NCBI GenBank assembly: GCA_050251775.1
Contig: JBFWMD010000009.1
Location: 6,647-70,646 of the forward strand
Direction of reading: 5' to 3'
Origin: Desulfovibrio sp.
GTDB lineage: Bacteria; Desulfobacterota; Desulfovibrionia; Desulfovibrionales; Desulfovibrionaceae
Length of the DNA stretch: 64,000 bases
In this document: positions 1-9,413 of the stretch, piece after piece
Layout of the letters: each line of letters begins with the position of its first letter
Numbering within the stretch: the stretch's first letter is position 1
Translations under genes and position numbers: made by a program
Notes under the pieces: model-generated
Seen by the model: only the letters and a program-made list of their open reading frames with translations
What the model was told of the DNA's origin: nothing
The model's database searches: none

Positions 1-75
1 ATAAGCACACTAGCTTTTTCGCTCGAAGTGCAGCACCATCTATTTAGCATCTTAAATTTGACGAAGCGGCATTCT

Positions 76-558
76 ATGTTACATGAATTATCTTTCGATT
101 ATAACATCAACATTTCAGACCTTGTATCTGTGATTGCAGTTTTTTTAACAACCTGGATTGCCTGGCAAACACATTTGCTACAGCGCAGGCAAAACAGCAT
201 GCTTGAAAAGCAAACAAATTACTCTGTTCTTGAAAAGAGAATATTTATATACAAACAAACGATGGCTCTGTGTGCGCACGTCGCAAAGCAATTTGACATT
301 AGACCAGACCCTGCACTTATTGAATCTCTTGAAAACTATATTATGAATAAAAATCTTTTTAACGCTACCACTGCCGATTTAATCAAAAACTTGGTACACC
401 TTTACTATGAGCGAGAAGCTATGGCATCAAGATATAAAAAATTTCCAGACAAAAGCGTATACAATTTATCATCCACAGAACATATATACAGGCTTGAAGA
501 AATGTACACTCGATTTAATATGCATGAAATTATAGAATCATTTGAAGATTTCATATAA
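76..558 (+). CDS. hypothetical membrane-anchored protein in AT-rich DNA (alternative GTG start at 28)
   Basis: ORF 28..558 with an in-frame ATG at 76. One N-terminal hydrophobic helix (VSVIAVFLTTWIAW) is followed by a Lys/Glu/Asn-rich helical region. No family recognised. GC is far below the rest of the window. Confidence 0.5.
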   Translation: MLHELSFDYNINISDLVSVIAVFLTTWIAWQTHLLQRRQNSMLEKQTNYSVLEKRIFIYKQTMALCAHVAKQFDIRPDPALIESLENYIMNKNLFNATTADLIKNLVHLYYEREAMASRYKKFPDKSVYNLSSTEHIYRLEEMYTRFNMHEIIESFEDFI

Positions 559-891
559 TCTTTTTCTCAAAACGTCGCTATTGCGCACTAACAATTTTGC
601 ATGAGCTGTCTGCGAACAACGCGAGCTTGCGGATCGGGAAACGGCGGCAATTTCCTTTGTAAGAGGCAAGAGCACACCGGCGTGGGAGCTCAGGCGGGAC
701 GTACTGACAAGGGAGGAGGAGCGGATCAGGCCTTGTGCCTGTCGTCCAACCTGTCCACAGCAGTCCCACATTCTAGACCCGCCACAGCGTTCCGGACACC
801 AGCCCGAGGGCGGTGAAAGCGTATACACCGCTCGGGAAGCATGCGAGCGAATGCATGAAACTCTTGCTCGATGTTTCGCCTGGAGGTATCC

Positions 892-1071
892 ATGTTCACG
901 CCCGACACGTATCGATACCTTACCGGATCGCCTTCACCCCAACGGATCTTTGCCGTACCGGCGAAACCGGCGGCATCTTCCGCTCCGCGCGGCTTCTGTC
1001 TCGTGGTGGTCCTGGTTCTGCTCATCCTGGGAGCCATCATCGTGGCGCTGGCCCTGAACGCGGAAGGCTGA
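892..1071 (+). CDS. small membrane protein (59 aa), hypothetical
   Basis: Inside ORF 871..1071. GGAGG at 882-886 lies 5 nt before the ATG at 892. C-terminal TM helix FCLVVVLVLLILGAIIVALAL. Confidence 0.35.
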   Translation: MFTPDTYRYLTGSPSPQRIFAVPAKPAASSAPRGFCLVVVLVLLILGAIIVALALNAEG

Positions 1072-1390
1072 CACACCAAGGCCGCTGCGCAAGCCGTCAC
1101 AGGAAGACCGTTTCCCTCATTATTCCAAGGTAAAACACTTGCTCTTTATAATTTTTCCCGCTGCATTGCCTTCGACCCCCCAAATGCGCTACGCAGGAAG
1201 CAACCCGCTTCCGCCAATGGCTTTGTAATACGGCATCGAACCGGCGCTTTCAGGCTCCCGCAGCACGTTTCCTCGAACCCGTCCGCCCATTCCCGCTCTT
1301 GCGAACCCAGCCTTCCTCCCTGCGTGTTGGCGCGCCTTCAGGCGCCCGGCGGGAATCCTCTTCCGTTCTCGCGGAACCAGGGAGGCGCGC

Positions 1391-2245
1391 ATGGGCAACT
1401 GGATCAAGACAGCGTATCCGTTCGTGGCGGCCTGTTCTCTGGCGTCCGGGGGTTCCGCTCCCGCAGACGCCTGCTTCGCCATCTACTACAACCGCGACGG
1501 TCTGAAGATCTGTGAGCTGGTGGGCCGCGCCTCCCAGGGTTGGACCGCTCGTAAGGCCTACGAACACCTGCGTTCCCTGCTGTCCGGCAATGACCAGCAA
1601 TGGATCCGTTCCTTCCTGCCCCATGTGGCCTACCGCATGGTGCAGCGCCGCCCCGATGATCCGGAACCGGACAAACTCGTGGCGGTCTTCTACCGCAAGG
1701 GGGGCATCAACATCTGCCGGAAGCTGGGCTGGGCGTCCGAGGGTTGGACCGAAAAACGCGCTTACGACCAGCTTATGGAACAGGTCCGCATCCGGCGACT
1801 GGCGGGCCTGGGTCCACGGGACGAGTCCGACGGCACGCCCGAGGCGCGGCAGTGGCGCAGGACGCACAGCCTGCTGCAACTGCGCCAGGCCAAGGACACG
1901 GCTTGGTCCTTTTTCTGCGCCCTGACAGCCGGCGGTCTGCTCGGCCCGGAATTGCTGGAACGGGTCTACGGACCGGAGATTTCCCACGGGCTGGCCCGGA
2001 ACGTATTTCCGGCCATGTTCGGCATGGCCTGGGCCAACTTCTTCTTTGCGGCCTCTCTGACCGGGCTGTATTTCTATGGCTATGACCGGGAGCAACGGCG
2101 GGTGGCCAGGATCCTGGCGGATTCAGGTCAGAAGGGGGAGGATGCGGACTACGCAACCCACGCGCCCGGCCTGTTGCGTTCCTTTGCGGGCATGGTCGGC
2201 GCGGAGGCGGCCACGCTCACGGGCCTGACCCTGATGCTGGGCTGA
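1391..2245 (+). CDS. hypothetical lipoprotein/membrane protein with two tandem ~45-aa repeats and C-terminal TM helices
   Basis: Signal/lipobox-like N-terminus (PFVAAC). Internal repeat FAIYYNRDGLKICELVGRASQGWTARKAYEHL / VAVFYRKGGINICRKLGWASEGWTEKRAYDQL. Two to three hydrophobic helices at the C-terminus. Confidence 0.6.
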   Translation: MGNWIKTAYPFVAACSLASGGSAPADACFAIYYNRDGLKICELVGRASQGWTARKAYEHLRSLLSGNDQQWIRSFLPHVAYRMVQRRPDDPEPDKLVAVFYRKGGINICRKLGWASEGWTEKRAYDQLMEQVRIRRLAGLGPRDESDGTPEARQWRRTHSLLQLRQAKDTAWSFFCALTAGGLLGPELLERVYGPEISHGLARNVFPAMFGMAWANFFFAASLTGLYFYGYDREQRRVARILADSGQKGEDADYATHAPGLLRSFAGMVGAEAATLTGLTLMLG

Positions 2246-2248
2246 GGC

Positions 2249-2704
2249 TCAAAAACGCGCCCGGCGCAGCAGTACAAAGCGATCCTCGTCGGCGCGGTAG
2301 AACCCCGGCACAAAGGTCCGCTCGTCAAACCCCCACTTGGCATAGAGCGCCAGCGCGGCCTGATTTTCCGGGTCCACGGTCAGAAAGGCGTCCGCCCCCA
2401 AACCGTCCAGCTCGCAAAGCAGACGCTCGAACAGCCCGCTGCCCACGCCCCGGCCCCGCTGCTCCGGTTCCACAATGACCTTGTGGACGCAAAACCGTCC
2501 GTCCAGGCAGGGAAAGGCCACAATGACGCCAAAGAGCCGCCCTTCCCGCCGGGCCACATAGGTCAGGGCATGCTCGGCCCAAAGCCGCCAGACGTGCTCT
2601 CCGTCCGGGATGAACGCGCTGTTGCGGTTGCTCCTCCAGGTCACCCGGTCCAGAGCGGCGATCTCCAGAAAATCCCCGGGCTCGGCCCGGCGCACCTCGG
2701 TCAT
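2249..2704 (-). CDS. GNAT family N-acetyltransferase
   Basis: ORF 2249..2893, internal Met chosen (MTEVRRAEPGDF). GNAT motif A QRGRGVGSGL and a C-terminal ALYAKWGF segment. Confidence 0.8.
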   Translation of the reverse strand: MTEVRRAEPGDFLEIAALDRVTWRSNRNSAFIPDGEHVWRLWAEHALTYVARREGRLFGVIVAFPCLDGRFCVHKVIVEPEQRGRGVGSGLFERLLCELDGLGADAFLTVDPENQAALALYAKWGFDERTFVPGFYRADEDRFVLLRRARF

Positions 2705-3062
2705 GTGCTCCTCCCAGTGTTGTGTCTGAGCGATGGTATGCCACACGGCCCGCAGGGCGCAACGTCTCCCTGACGCCGAGACGTTCGGCGCGAAGGAGAG
2801 AACACCAAAGAAAAATCCCGTCGCACACGAACCAGATCGGCCACGCGCGGGGTTGCATTCCCGGCCGAGTGCATGGCATGGCAAGCCCAGCACGAAACTG
2901 CGCGTGAACCGCTTTCTTTTCTTGCCGACGGAGCTTCCGACAGCCCTTCAGCAGAACAAGCAACAACCGGCCCTTGTATGCGGCCACGTCAAGGCATGGC
3001 GCGCAACAAGGCCGCTCGTATCAAGGCCGCATGCACCATGACCGGACGCTAAATGGAGATTC

Positions 3063-4106
3063 ATGAAAAAAACGCGAGAAGAATGTCTGGCTGCGCTTCG
3101 CGACACACCGCCCATCCTGGCCGGGCAGAAATTCGTTGTGGACGATTTCCGGCCTGAGGATGCCCTGGGCATTGCCCGGCTCTACTACGCTGTGTACGGA
3201 GAGGGATTTCCCGTGGACAGCGTGTACGATCCGGAAGAGATGATCCGTCTCAACGCGGCAATGGAGTTGCATCAGGTCGTGGGGCGTGCGGAAAACAACG
3301 ACGTGGTCGGACTCTACGCGATGTTCCGCAATGCTCCGGGCCGCAGGATCATGGAAGCGGGTTCCTGGATCGTGCATCCCGACTACCGGACCACTTCGCT
3401 GGCCCTGCGGCTGGCCAAGCGCATCCACCTCAAGCCGCCAGAGCGGCTCGGGCTGCACGTCATCTCGGGGCAAAGCGTCTGCGACCACGTCATCTCTCAG
3501 AAGATGAGCGTACTTTTCAAGGCCATGAATCTAGGCCTGGAGGTCGAAGCCATGCCGCCCAGACCAGAGGGGGAAGCGCAGTGGTGCGACGGCAGGATTT
3601 CACTGCTCGACCAGTTTCTCGTGCCAAAGGATCGGCATCAGGAGGTCTACCTGCCGGAGCGCTATGCAGCCTTCCTTCGGAGCCTGTACGAAAAACACGG
3701 ATTGGGGAGGGATTTCCCTGTGGACCAGCGCCCCGGCATGAAGGAGACGGCGTCATCCCTCCTGCGCGTGGAACAGGCCTCCCTGGTCCGGATGACGGTG
3801 ACGCGGGTCGGGGAAGACTTTCCGCTTTGCCTGAGCGCGGCCCTGGGTGAGCGCCCGGAAGGCCATGTGGACCAGCTGGTGCTTTCCCTTGCGGCTCCAG
3901 GGGGCTCCATGGCTGTGGAGCACGCCAGGAAGGCGGGATTTTTTATCGTCGGACTGCTGCCCGGCTGGTTCGATCACGACGGCTTCATGATGCAGCGGCT
4001 GGCCTGCGCACCGGACTGGGCCGCCATCCATGTGCACACGGATGATGCCAAGGCGCTGCTGGAAGCAGTGCGGGCGGACTACGAAACGTTGGAAAACCGT
4101 GGATAA
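3063..4106 (+). CDS. GNAT-domain protein (347 aa, N-terminal acetyltransferase fold plus uncharacterised C-terminal half)
   Basis: ATG at 3063. The N-terminal ~150 aa look GNAT-like (FRPEDALGIARLYY..., WIVHPDYRTTSLALRL). The C-terminal half is not recognised. Confidence 0.65.
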   Translation: MKKTREECLAALRDTPPILAGQKFVVDDFRPEDALGIARLYYAVYGEGFPVDSVYDPEEMIRLNAAMELHQVVGRAENNDVVGLYAMFRNAPGRRIMEAGSWIVHPDYRTTSLALRLAKRIHLKPPERLGLHVISGQSVCDHVISQKMSVLFKAMNLGLEVEAMPPRPEGEAQWCDGRISLLDQFLVPKDRHQEVYLPERYAAFLRSLYEKHGLGRDFPVDQRPGMKETASSLLRVEQASLVRMTVTRVGEDFPLCLSAALGERPEGHVDQLVLSLAAPGGSMAVEHARKAGFFIVGLLPGWFDHDGFMMQRLACAPDWAAIHVHTDDAKALLEAVRADYETLENRG

Positions 4107-4113
4107 CACGCCG

Positions 4114-4998
4114 TCAGGATGCGGGCTTTGGCTGGACGCGCAGCAGATGCATGTTCGGCAGGACAATGCCCGCCACAACCAGTATCATGCCCGCCACGTT
4201 GAGCAGGCGCAGCGATTCGCCCAGAATCAGCCAGGAGGCCAGCACCGTGGTCACGGGTTCCACTGTGGAGAAGATCGAGGCAAAGGGACTGCCGATGAGT
4301 TCCACGGCCTTGTAGAGAAAGATCACGGCCACGATGGTGCAGACCAGCCCGAACCCGGCGGCCACGAGCAGGCAGTGGGGCGAGAGTTCCAGGATGGTGG
4401 TGGGTCCGCCCGCCAGCACGGAATGCACGCAGCCCGCAAAGGAGATCAGGTAGAAGGTCAGGGTCAGGGGGTTCTCGCCCTTGAGCAAGTGCTGCACCGT
4501 GGTGAGATAGAGGGAAAAAATGATCATGGAGACCACGGAAAGCAACAGCCCGGTGGAGTCCATGCGCGCGCTGAAGGCTTCATAGAACACCAGGCAGCAG
4601 CCCAGGGTCACCAGAGCCAGGGAGGCCACCGTGGCTCTGGTGACGGGCTGGCGGTAGATCACGGCGCAGAGCAGCGTGACCGTCACGGGGTAGAAATAGA
4701 GAATCAGGGTGGGCACGGCCGCCGGCACGGTGCGCACCGCGCTGATGAAGCACCAGGACTGGATCGGATAGAAGAGAAATCCGAGAATGGCGGCCTTGAA
4801 CAGGGTGCGCGGGCCGGGCCGGAGTGCGGAAGGATTGGTGAGCAGCAGCCAGACCAGGAGCATCAGCGCGGCAAAGAAGAAGCGATACTGGAGCATCTCG
4901 AACACGCCCATCTCGCAATCATAGCCGAGCCTGCCGAAAATGGGCAGAAACCCGAAGGCAATAGCGGAAATGACGGAATAGACCAGACCGCGCAGCAT
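4114..4998 (-). CDS. EamA/DMT family transporter
   Basis: 294 aa with ~10 hydrophobic helices and two EamA-like halves (SAIAFGFLPIF...; STVEPVTTVLASWLILGE). Confidence 0.85.
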   Translation of the reverse strand: MLRGLVYSVISAIAFGFLPIFGRLGYDCEMGVFEMLQYRFFFAALMLLVWLLLTNPSALRPGPRTLFKAAILGFLFYPIQSWCFISAVRTVPAAVPTLILYFYPVTVTLLCAVIYRQPVTRATVASLALVTLGCCLVFYEAFSARMDSTGLLLSVVSMIIFSLYLTTVQHLLKGENPLTLTFYLISFAGCVHSVLAGGPTTILELSPHCLLVAAGFGLVCTIVAVIFLYKAVELIGSPFASIFSTVEPVTTVLASWLILGESLRLLNVAGMILVVAGIVLPNMHLLRVQPKPAS

Positions 4999-5148
4999 GT
5001 TTCCTCCTCGCCCGCCGGGTCGGAAGGGAATACGACCGGACTACGCGGAATGCAATAATAAAACGCAAAACCATGCTCGCGGCGTAACAAATTGCCGCTG
5101 GTCCCGTTGCCCAGACGCTTCGAGCTGCAAAGCGGCGGACGGCTGTCG

Positions 5149-6297
5149 TCAGGACTTCCGGCAGAGACCCGAGGCCAGAAGCACGGCCACGCCGAGCACG
5201 CCGAGCAGACAATAGATGAACACGTTCCAGCCGAAGGAATGGTAGATGAATCCGGGCACAAAGGACCCCAGTGCGCCGCCCGCATAGTAGAAGGCGATGT
5301 ACAGCCCGTTGACCACGCCTTTGTGCTCTGTGGAGCGTGCGTTGACAAAGGCCGGACCCACGGTCTGGATCAGGAAGAAGCCCGCGCAGAAGGGAATCAG
5401 CGCCACGAAGACGAGCAGGGTGTTCGGCGTGAGGCAGGCGGCCACGGAAACACTGAAAAAAGCCAGGCCCAGGAGAAAAGCGCGGCCTTCCCCGCCAAGG
5501 AAGGAGACAATGCGCGGCGCGGTCAGGGAAGTGGCCACGCCCACAAGGTAGCTCAGATACATGGTCCCGGCTCTGCCCGGAGAAACGCCCCCGGCCAGTT
5601 CGGCCAGCCGGAAGGGCAAATAGTTCAGCGTGGCCTGAAAGGCGAAAAAGCAGCAGAAGATCATGGAATAGGCCCGCAGGAACGACGGCTTGGCCAGGGC
5701 CGCGCGCACGTGCGCCACACGGGCGCGCTCAAAGCCCGGCGCATCCCCGCCTTGCACCCGCCCCAGCAGGAAGAAGGCCGCGAAAACCAGCACCCCCAAC
5801 ACGGCAAAAGGCACGCGCCAGCCCCAGGCCTCGGCCAGGATGCCGGAAAAAAAACGGCCCGAAAACCCGCCCACAATGGTGGTGGAGATGTACCAGGACA
5901 TGACCCGGCGCATGCGCTCCGGCGCGCACTTGCTGGCCAGCAGGGTCATGACCGAGGTCAGGGCCGCGGGAATGGCCAGCCCCTGGACCAGCCGCGCGGC
6001 CAGCAGCACGTTCCAGGAGGGCGAGAAAAACACGGCCACATGGCCCAGCCCCACCACCAGCACGGCCCAGCGGGCCAGTTTCGCGGCGGGCAGCGATTCC
6101 AGCAGCAGCCCGTAGAGCACCGGGGCAAAGGCCAGCGGCAGCAGGGTCATGGTCACGGCCAGGGACGCGGCGGCCTTGCTCAGGCCGAATTCCAGCGCGA
6201 ACACGGGCAGCAACGGCTGGGGCACGTAGAGGGTGGCGATGGCACAGGCAGTGGCGAAGAGCGTGGTCGCCAGGGTAAGACGTTCGGCGCGGGTCAA
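5149..6297 (-). CDS. MFS transporter (YnfM-like)
   Basis: ORF 5149..6519. N-terminus LYVPQPLLPVFALEFGLS is typical of the YnfM group. Proposed TTG start at 6297 is preceded by GGAG. The upstream part of the ORF is non-MFS read-through. Confidence 0.75.
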   Translation of the reverse strand: MTRAERLTLATTLFATACAIATLYVPQPLLPVFALEFGLSKAAASLAVTMTLLPLAFAPVLYGLLLESLPAAKLARWAVLVVGLGHVAVFFSPSWNVLLAARLVQGLAIPAALTSVMTLLASKCAPERMRRVMSWYISTTIVGGFSGRFFSGILAEAWGWRVPFAVLGVLVFAAFFLLGRVQGGDAPGFERARVAHVRAALAKPSFLRAYSMIFCCFFAFQATLNYLPFRLAELAGGVSPGRAGTMYLSYLVGVATSLTAPRIVSFLGGEGRAFLLGLAFFSVSVAACLTPNTLLVFVALIPFCAGFFLIQTVGPAFVNARSTEHKGVVNGLYIAFYYAGGALGSFVPGFIYHSFGWNVFIYCLLGVLGVAVLLASGLCRKS

Positions 6298-6373
6298 GGC
6301 GAACTCCGATGGCGACGCCTGCCCTTGCCCCGCAGGCCGGAAAGCGGAGCTTGTCCGGTTCGGAGGCTGGGTC

Positions 6374-6538
6374 AAAGGCGGCTGCGTACTGTCCGGGGGT
6401 CGGCCCGCCCAGTGCGCAACAGCGTCGGGTAAGATAACTGTGATCGAAAAATCCCGTCTCCAAGGCCACATACGCCGGAGCCGCACCCTGGGCAAGCCGT
6501 TTCTGGCTGCTCGCGGCATGCCGCGAAATGCTGGACAA
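6374..6538 (-). pseudogene. remnant of an AraC-family regulator (C-terminal HTH only)
   Basis: The frame of ORF 5729..6538 begins KRLAQGAAPAYVALETGFFDHSYLTRRCCALGGPTPGQYAAAF. This aligns at roughly 65% identity with the C-terminus of the intact AraC at 8002..8871 (QRLAQGMAPALVALEAGFFDQSHFIRRFRALVGLTPGEYAAAF). No N-terminal domain lies upstream. Confidence 0.6.
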
Positions 6539-6827
6539 AACCGGTCTCGGGCTTTTATGTTAGTTCAATCATGAACCCCATCCCCTGGAAAAAGGCCATG
6601 CACGCCGCGCTGTTCGCCATTTCCCCTCCGCTCCGCTAAGCGGAGGAACGGCATCGGCCCCAGGGCCGCACAGCCCGCTCCTTTGGGAGCAGGGCAGATC
6701 TTGCGTGTCTCCGGCCTTTCCCCTTCCCTCCTGAATCCCCACTGACTCCTGCGCGGGATTGTTCCCGCACTCCGCGCGTTTCGCGCGGACCAATGCGCTG
6801 TGCAAGCGTTTCCCCAGGAGGGAAAAC

Positions 6828-7994
6828 ATGTCGCGTCATCTTCCCCTGGCGGGGCTCTGCCTCGCCGTGTTTCTGGCCATGACCGGAATGGGCATGGCCG
6901 GGGTGGCCCTGCCCGAGCAGTATCTCCGGGTGGCGGGCAGCCCCCGGGCCGCGGGCTGGCTGGCCTCGGCCTTTGCCTTCTCGTACATGGCCTGCCAATA
7001 TCCCGCCGGTTGCCTGGCCGACCGCTTCGGCTACCGCGCCGTGCTGACCAGCGGTTTTCTGCTCATGTCCGCCTCCGCCGTGCTCTACGCCATGGCCCAG
7101 AGCCCCGAGGCCCTCTATGTGGGCCGTTTTCTGCAAGGCGCGGGCGAGGCGCCCGTGTGGGCCAGCGCCCCGGCCCTGCTCGGCAGCCTCTATCCCCGCA
7201 CGCGTGGGCTGGTCATCGGCGGCTACAATGCGGCGTTCCACGTGGGCATGATGCTCGGCCCGCTGTTGGCCGCCCTGCCTTTTGCCGTTCTGCCCTTTGC
7301 CGCAGCGAACAACGGCGCGTTCGCGGGTTTCGCGGTCCTGAGCGGCGCGGCGGCCCTGCTCTCGTGCCTCTGCATCGGGCGGGCAAGCCAAACCCGGCTC
7401 TGTTCCGGAGGCATCCACGCGCCCCGGCAACAGATGGGAACCCTCTTCCGCCGGATCTGGCCCACGACCTGCGCCCTGCCCTTTTCCGGTGCGGCCTATG
7501 GACTGCTCACAAGCAGTCTCCCCGTGCATCTGGTGGCCGGAGCCGGGTTTGATCGCGGGCAACTGGCGAGGTTCCTCTTCGCCACCTTCCTCGGGCTGAG
7601 CCTGGCCCAGTTCGGAGTCGGGCGGCTTTCGGACCGCTTCGGGCGCGCGCCCTTCCAGGCGGCCGGACTGCTGGCCACAGCCGGGGGATTCCTGGCCCTG
7701 CCCCACAGCGTCGCGATCCCGGCGTTCTGCTCCGCAATGCTGTTCGGTGCGGGCCTGGGCGGCTTCGCGGTCGCGTCCATGGCACTGGTCAATGAGCAGG
7801 CTCCGCAAGGGGGACAGGCCACGGCCTCGGGATACGCCTATCTGATCTGGGGAGGAGGCTACTTCGCGGGACCGCAGTTGGCCAACCTCGCCGGGCTGGA
7901 CGCCTGCGCCGCTGTTCTGACGCTGGGGGCTCTGGGCTTCCCGGTGCTGCTCCGAGTGCGGGCACGACACGCGGCACGCCAGCGCCTGGGCTGA
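6828..7994 (+). CDS. MFS transporter
   Basis: ORF 6759..7994. ATG at 6828 follows AGGAGGGAAAAC. About 12 TM helices, with the MFS loop motif LADRFGYR. Confidence 0.8.
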   Translation: MSRHLPLAGLCLAVFLAMTGMGMAGVALPEQYLRVAGSPRAAGWLASAFAFSYMACQYPAGCLADRFGYRAVLTSGFLLMSASAVLYAMAQSPEALYVGRFLQGAGEAPVWASAPALLGSLYPRTRGLVIGGYNAAFHVGMMLGPLLAALPFAVLPFAAANNGAFAGFAVLSGAAALLSCLCIGRASQTRLCSGGIHAPRQQMGTLFRRIWPTTCALPFSGAAYGLLTSSLPVHLVAGAGFDRGQLARFLFATFLGLSLAQFGVGRLSDRFGRAPFQAAGLLATAGGFLALPHSVAIPAFCSAMLFGAGLGGFAVASMALVNEQAPQGGQATASGYAYLIWGGGYFAGPQLANLAGLDACAAVLTLGALGFPVLLRVRARHAARQRLG

Positions 7995-8001
7995 GATCGG
8001 C

Positions 8002-8871
8002 TTACGGGCTGACCTTTCCGGCGTTGCGCGTCGCGGCGGAACGAAACGCCGCCGCGTATTCGCCGGGGGTCAGCCCCACCAGGGCGCGAAAACGCCGGAT
8101 AAAATGGCTCTGGTCAAAGAAACCCGCTTCCAGCGCCACGAGCGCCGGAGCCATACCCTGGGCCAGTCGCTGCTTGGCCGCCTGCACGCGCAGATGCAGG
8201 GCATAGTCGCGCGGGGGCGCGCCATAGGCCTCGGCAAACCTGCGGCTGAGAGTCCAGGGGCAAAGCCCGGCCTCGCGGGCCAGCTTGGCGCAGCAAGGCC
8301 CGGCTTCCCCGGCCAGGGCCGCCCGCCGCAGCCGTTCCAGCACGTCCGCCATGGCCGAGGCTTTGGGCCGGGCCGAGGGAAACGATCCGGTTGCGGCGCT
8401 TCCGGCGTCCTGCTCCCCCAGCTCCCACAGCCGGCCCAGAACGGCTTTCAGCGCCGGAAGCGGTCGATCCGAAGCAGCGCACGCCCGGATCAAACCATGC
8501 AGACGGGCATCGGCAAGCACCGGGCCAGGAAAGGCTATTTTGAAATTAAAATTCAGCGTTTTCAAGAGGAAAGGCTTGATGCAGAGACAATCGGCGCTGC
8601 TTTCCGCATCCCAGGCGCAGGTATGCACCCGCCCCGGCCAGAGCACGCAGCACTCTCCCGGCCCGGCCGTGCATTCCTGGGGCCGGTCCGCCTTGCCCAG
8701 GCGCAGACGACGCGCACCGGAGCGCACCGCCGTCAGCACCAGGGAGTCATGGGCATGCGGTCCCAGCTGCTCCGACCGGGGGGCATGCTCCAGGCGCAGG
8801 ATCTCCAGGCCGGGCAGATCCGGCGCAAGCTGAAAATGGATGCCGCTCCGGCGTTGGGTGCGTTGCTTCAT
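8002..8871 (-). CDS. AraC family transcriptional regulator (cupin-like N-terminal domain)
   Basis: 289 aa with C-terminal double HTH (AREAGLCPWTLSRRF...EAGFFDQSHFIRRFR). Confidence 0.85.
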   Translation of the reverse strand: MKQRTQRRSGIHFQLAPDLPGLEILRLEHAPRSEQLGPHAHDSLVLTAVRSGARRLRLGKADRPQECTAGPGECCVLWPGRVHTCAWDAESSADCLCIKPFLLKTLNFNFKIAFPGPVLADARLHGLIRACAASDRPLPALKAVLGRLWELGEQDAGSAATGSFPSARPKASAMADVLERLRRAALAGEAGPCCAKLAREAGLCPWTLSRRFAEAYGAPPRDYALHLRVQAAKQRLAQGMAPALVALEAGFFDQSHFIRRFRALVGLTPGEYAAAFRSAATRNAGKVSP

Positions 8872-8892
8872 GCGCGTTCCTGTCTTCCGTTT

Positions 8893-9315
8893 CTAGAGCA
8901 GCGCCGGGGAAAACACGGCCAAAAGCCGCAGGCCGTCCGCACCCGCGTGCACCTCGTGCGGAACACGGGGCGGCAGCACCCGTGTCACGCCCGGGGCATA
9001 GTCCACCGGCGCGCGGTTCATAACCGCGCCCGATACCGGCCCCAGGAGGCAGCGGCCCGCCCCGGAGAGCACCTCATGCACCTCCCACTGCGGATCGTGG
9101 GCATGCGCGCCTATGGCGCAGTCCGGCGCAATGCGCACCAAGTGCAGGCTGGTGCGGCCCCCGGTGTCCGCGCCCGTGACCAGATGCTTGAGCTCCACGC
9201 CCGCGAACACCGGATGCGGGTTCCAGGCCAGGGACTCCACGTCCTCGCAAACCCCGTTCGCCCGCGCCACCTTTCCGGCGGCAAGGCAGTCCGCCAAATC
9301 CCGATACGTCGTCAT
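8893..9315 (-). CDS. cupin domain protein
   Basis: 140 aa with cupin His motifs (GAHAHDPQWEVHEVLSG ... PPRVPHEVH). Confidence 0.75.
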   Translation of the reverse strand: MTTYRDLADCLAAGKVARANGVCEDVESLAWNPHPVFAGVELKHLVTGADTGGRTSLHLVRIAPDCAIGAHAHDPQWEVHEVLSGAGRCLLGPVSGAVMNRAPVDYAPGVTRVLPPRVPHEVHAGADGLRLLAVFSPALL

Positions 9316-9413
9316 GGTCCAGCTCCTTGAAAAAAGGTTCGATCAATGGTTGTTGCCTGATCGAACCCTTTTGCCCTGATCCGGGCCGGACGTATTGCAC
9401 GTTTTTGCAGCGG

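Noticed and set aside
4030-7970. Long ORFs 4030..5058 (+), 5092..6432 (+) and 6636..7970 (-)
   Set aside because: All three lie opposite well-supported transporter genes (DMT and two MFS). Their translations are His/Gly/Arg/Gln-rich low-complexity sequences.
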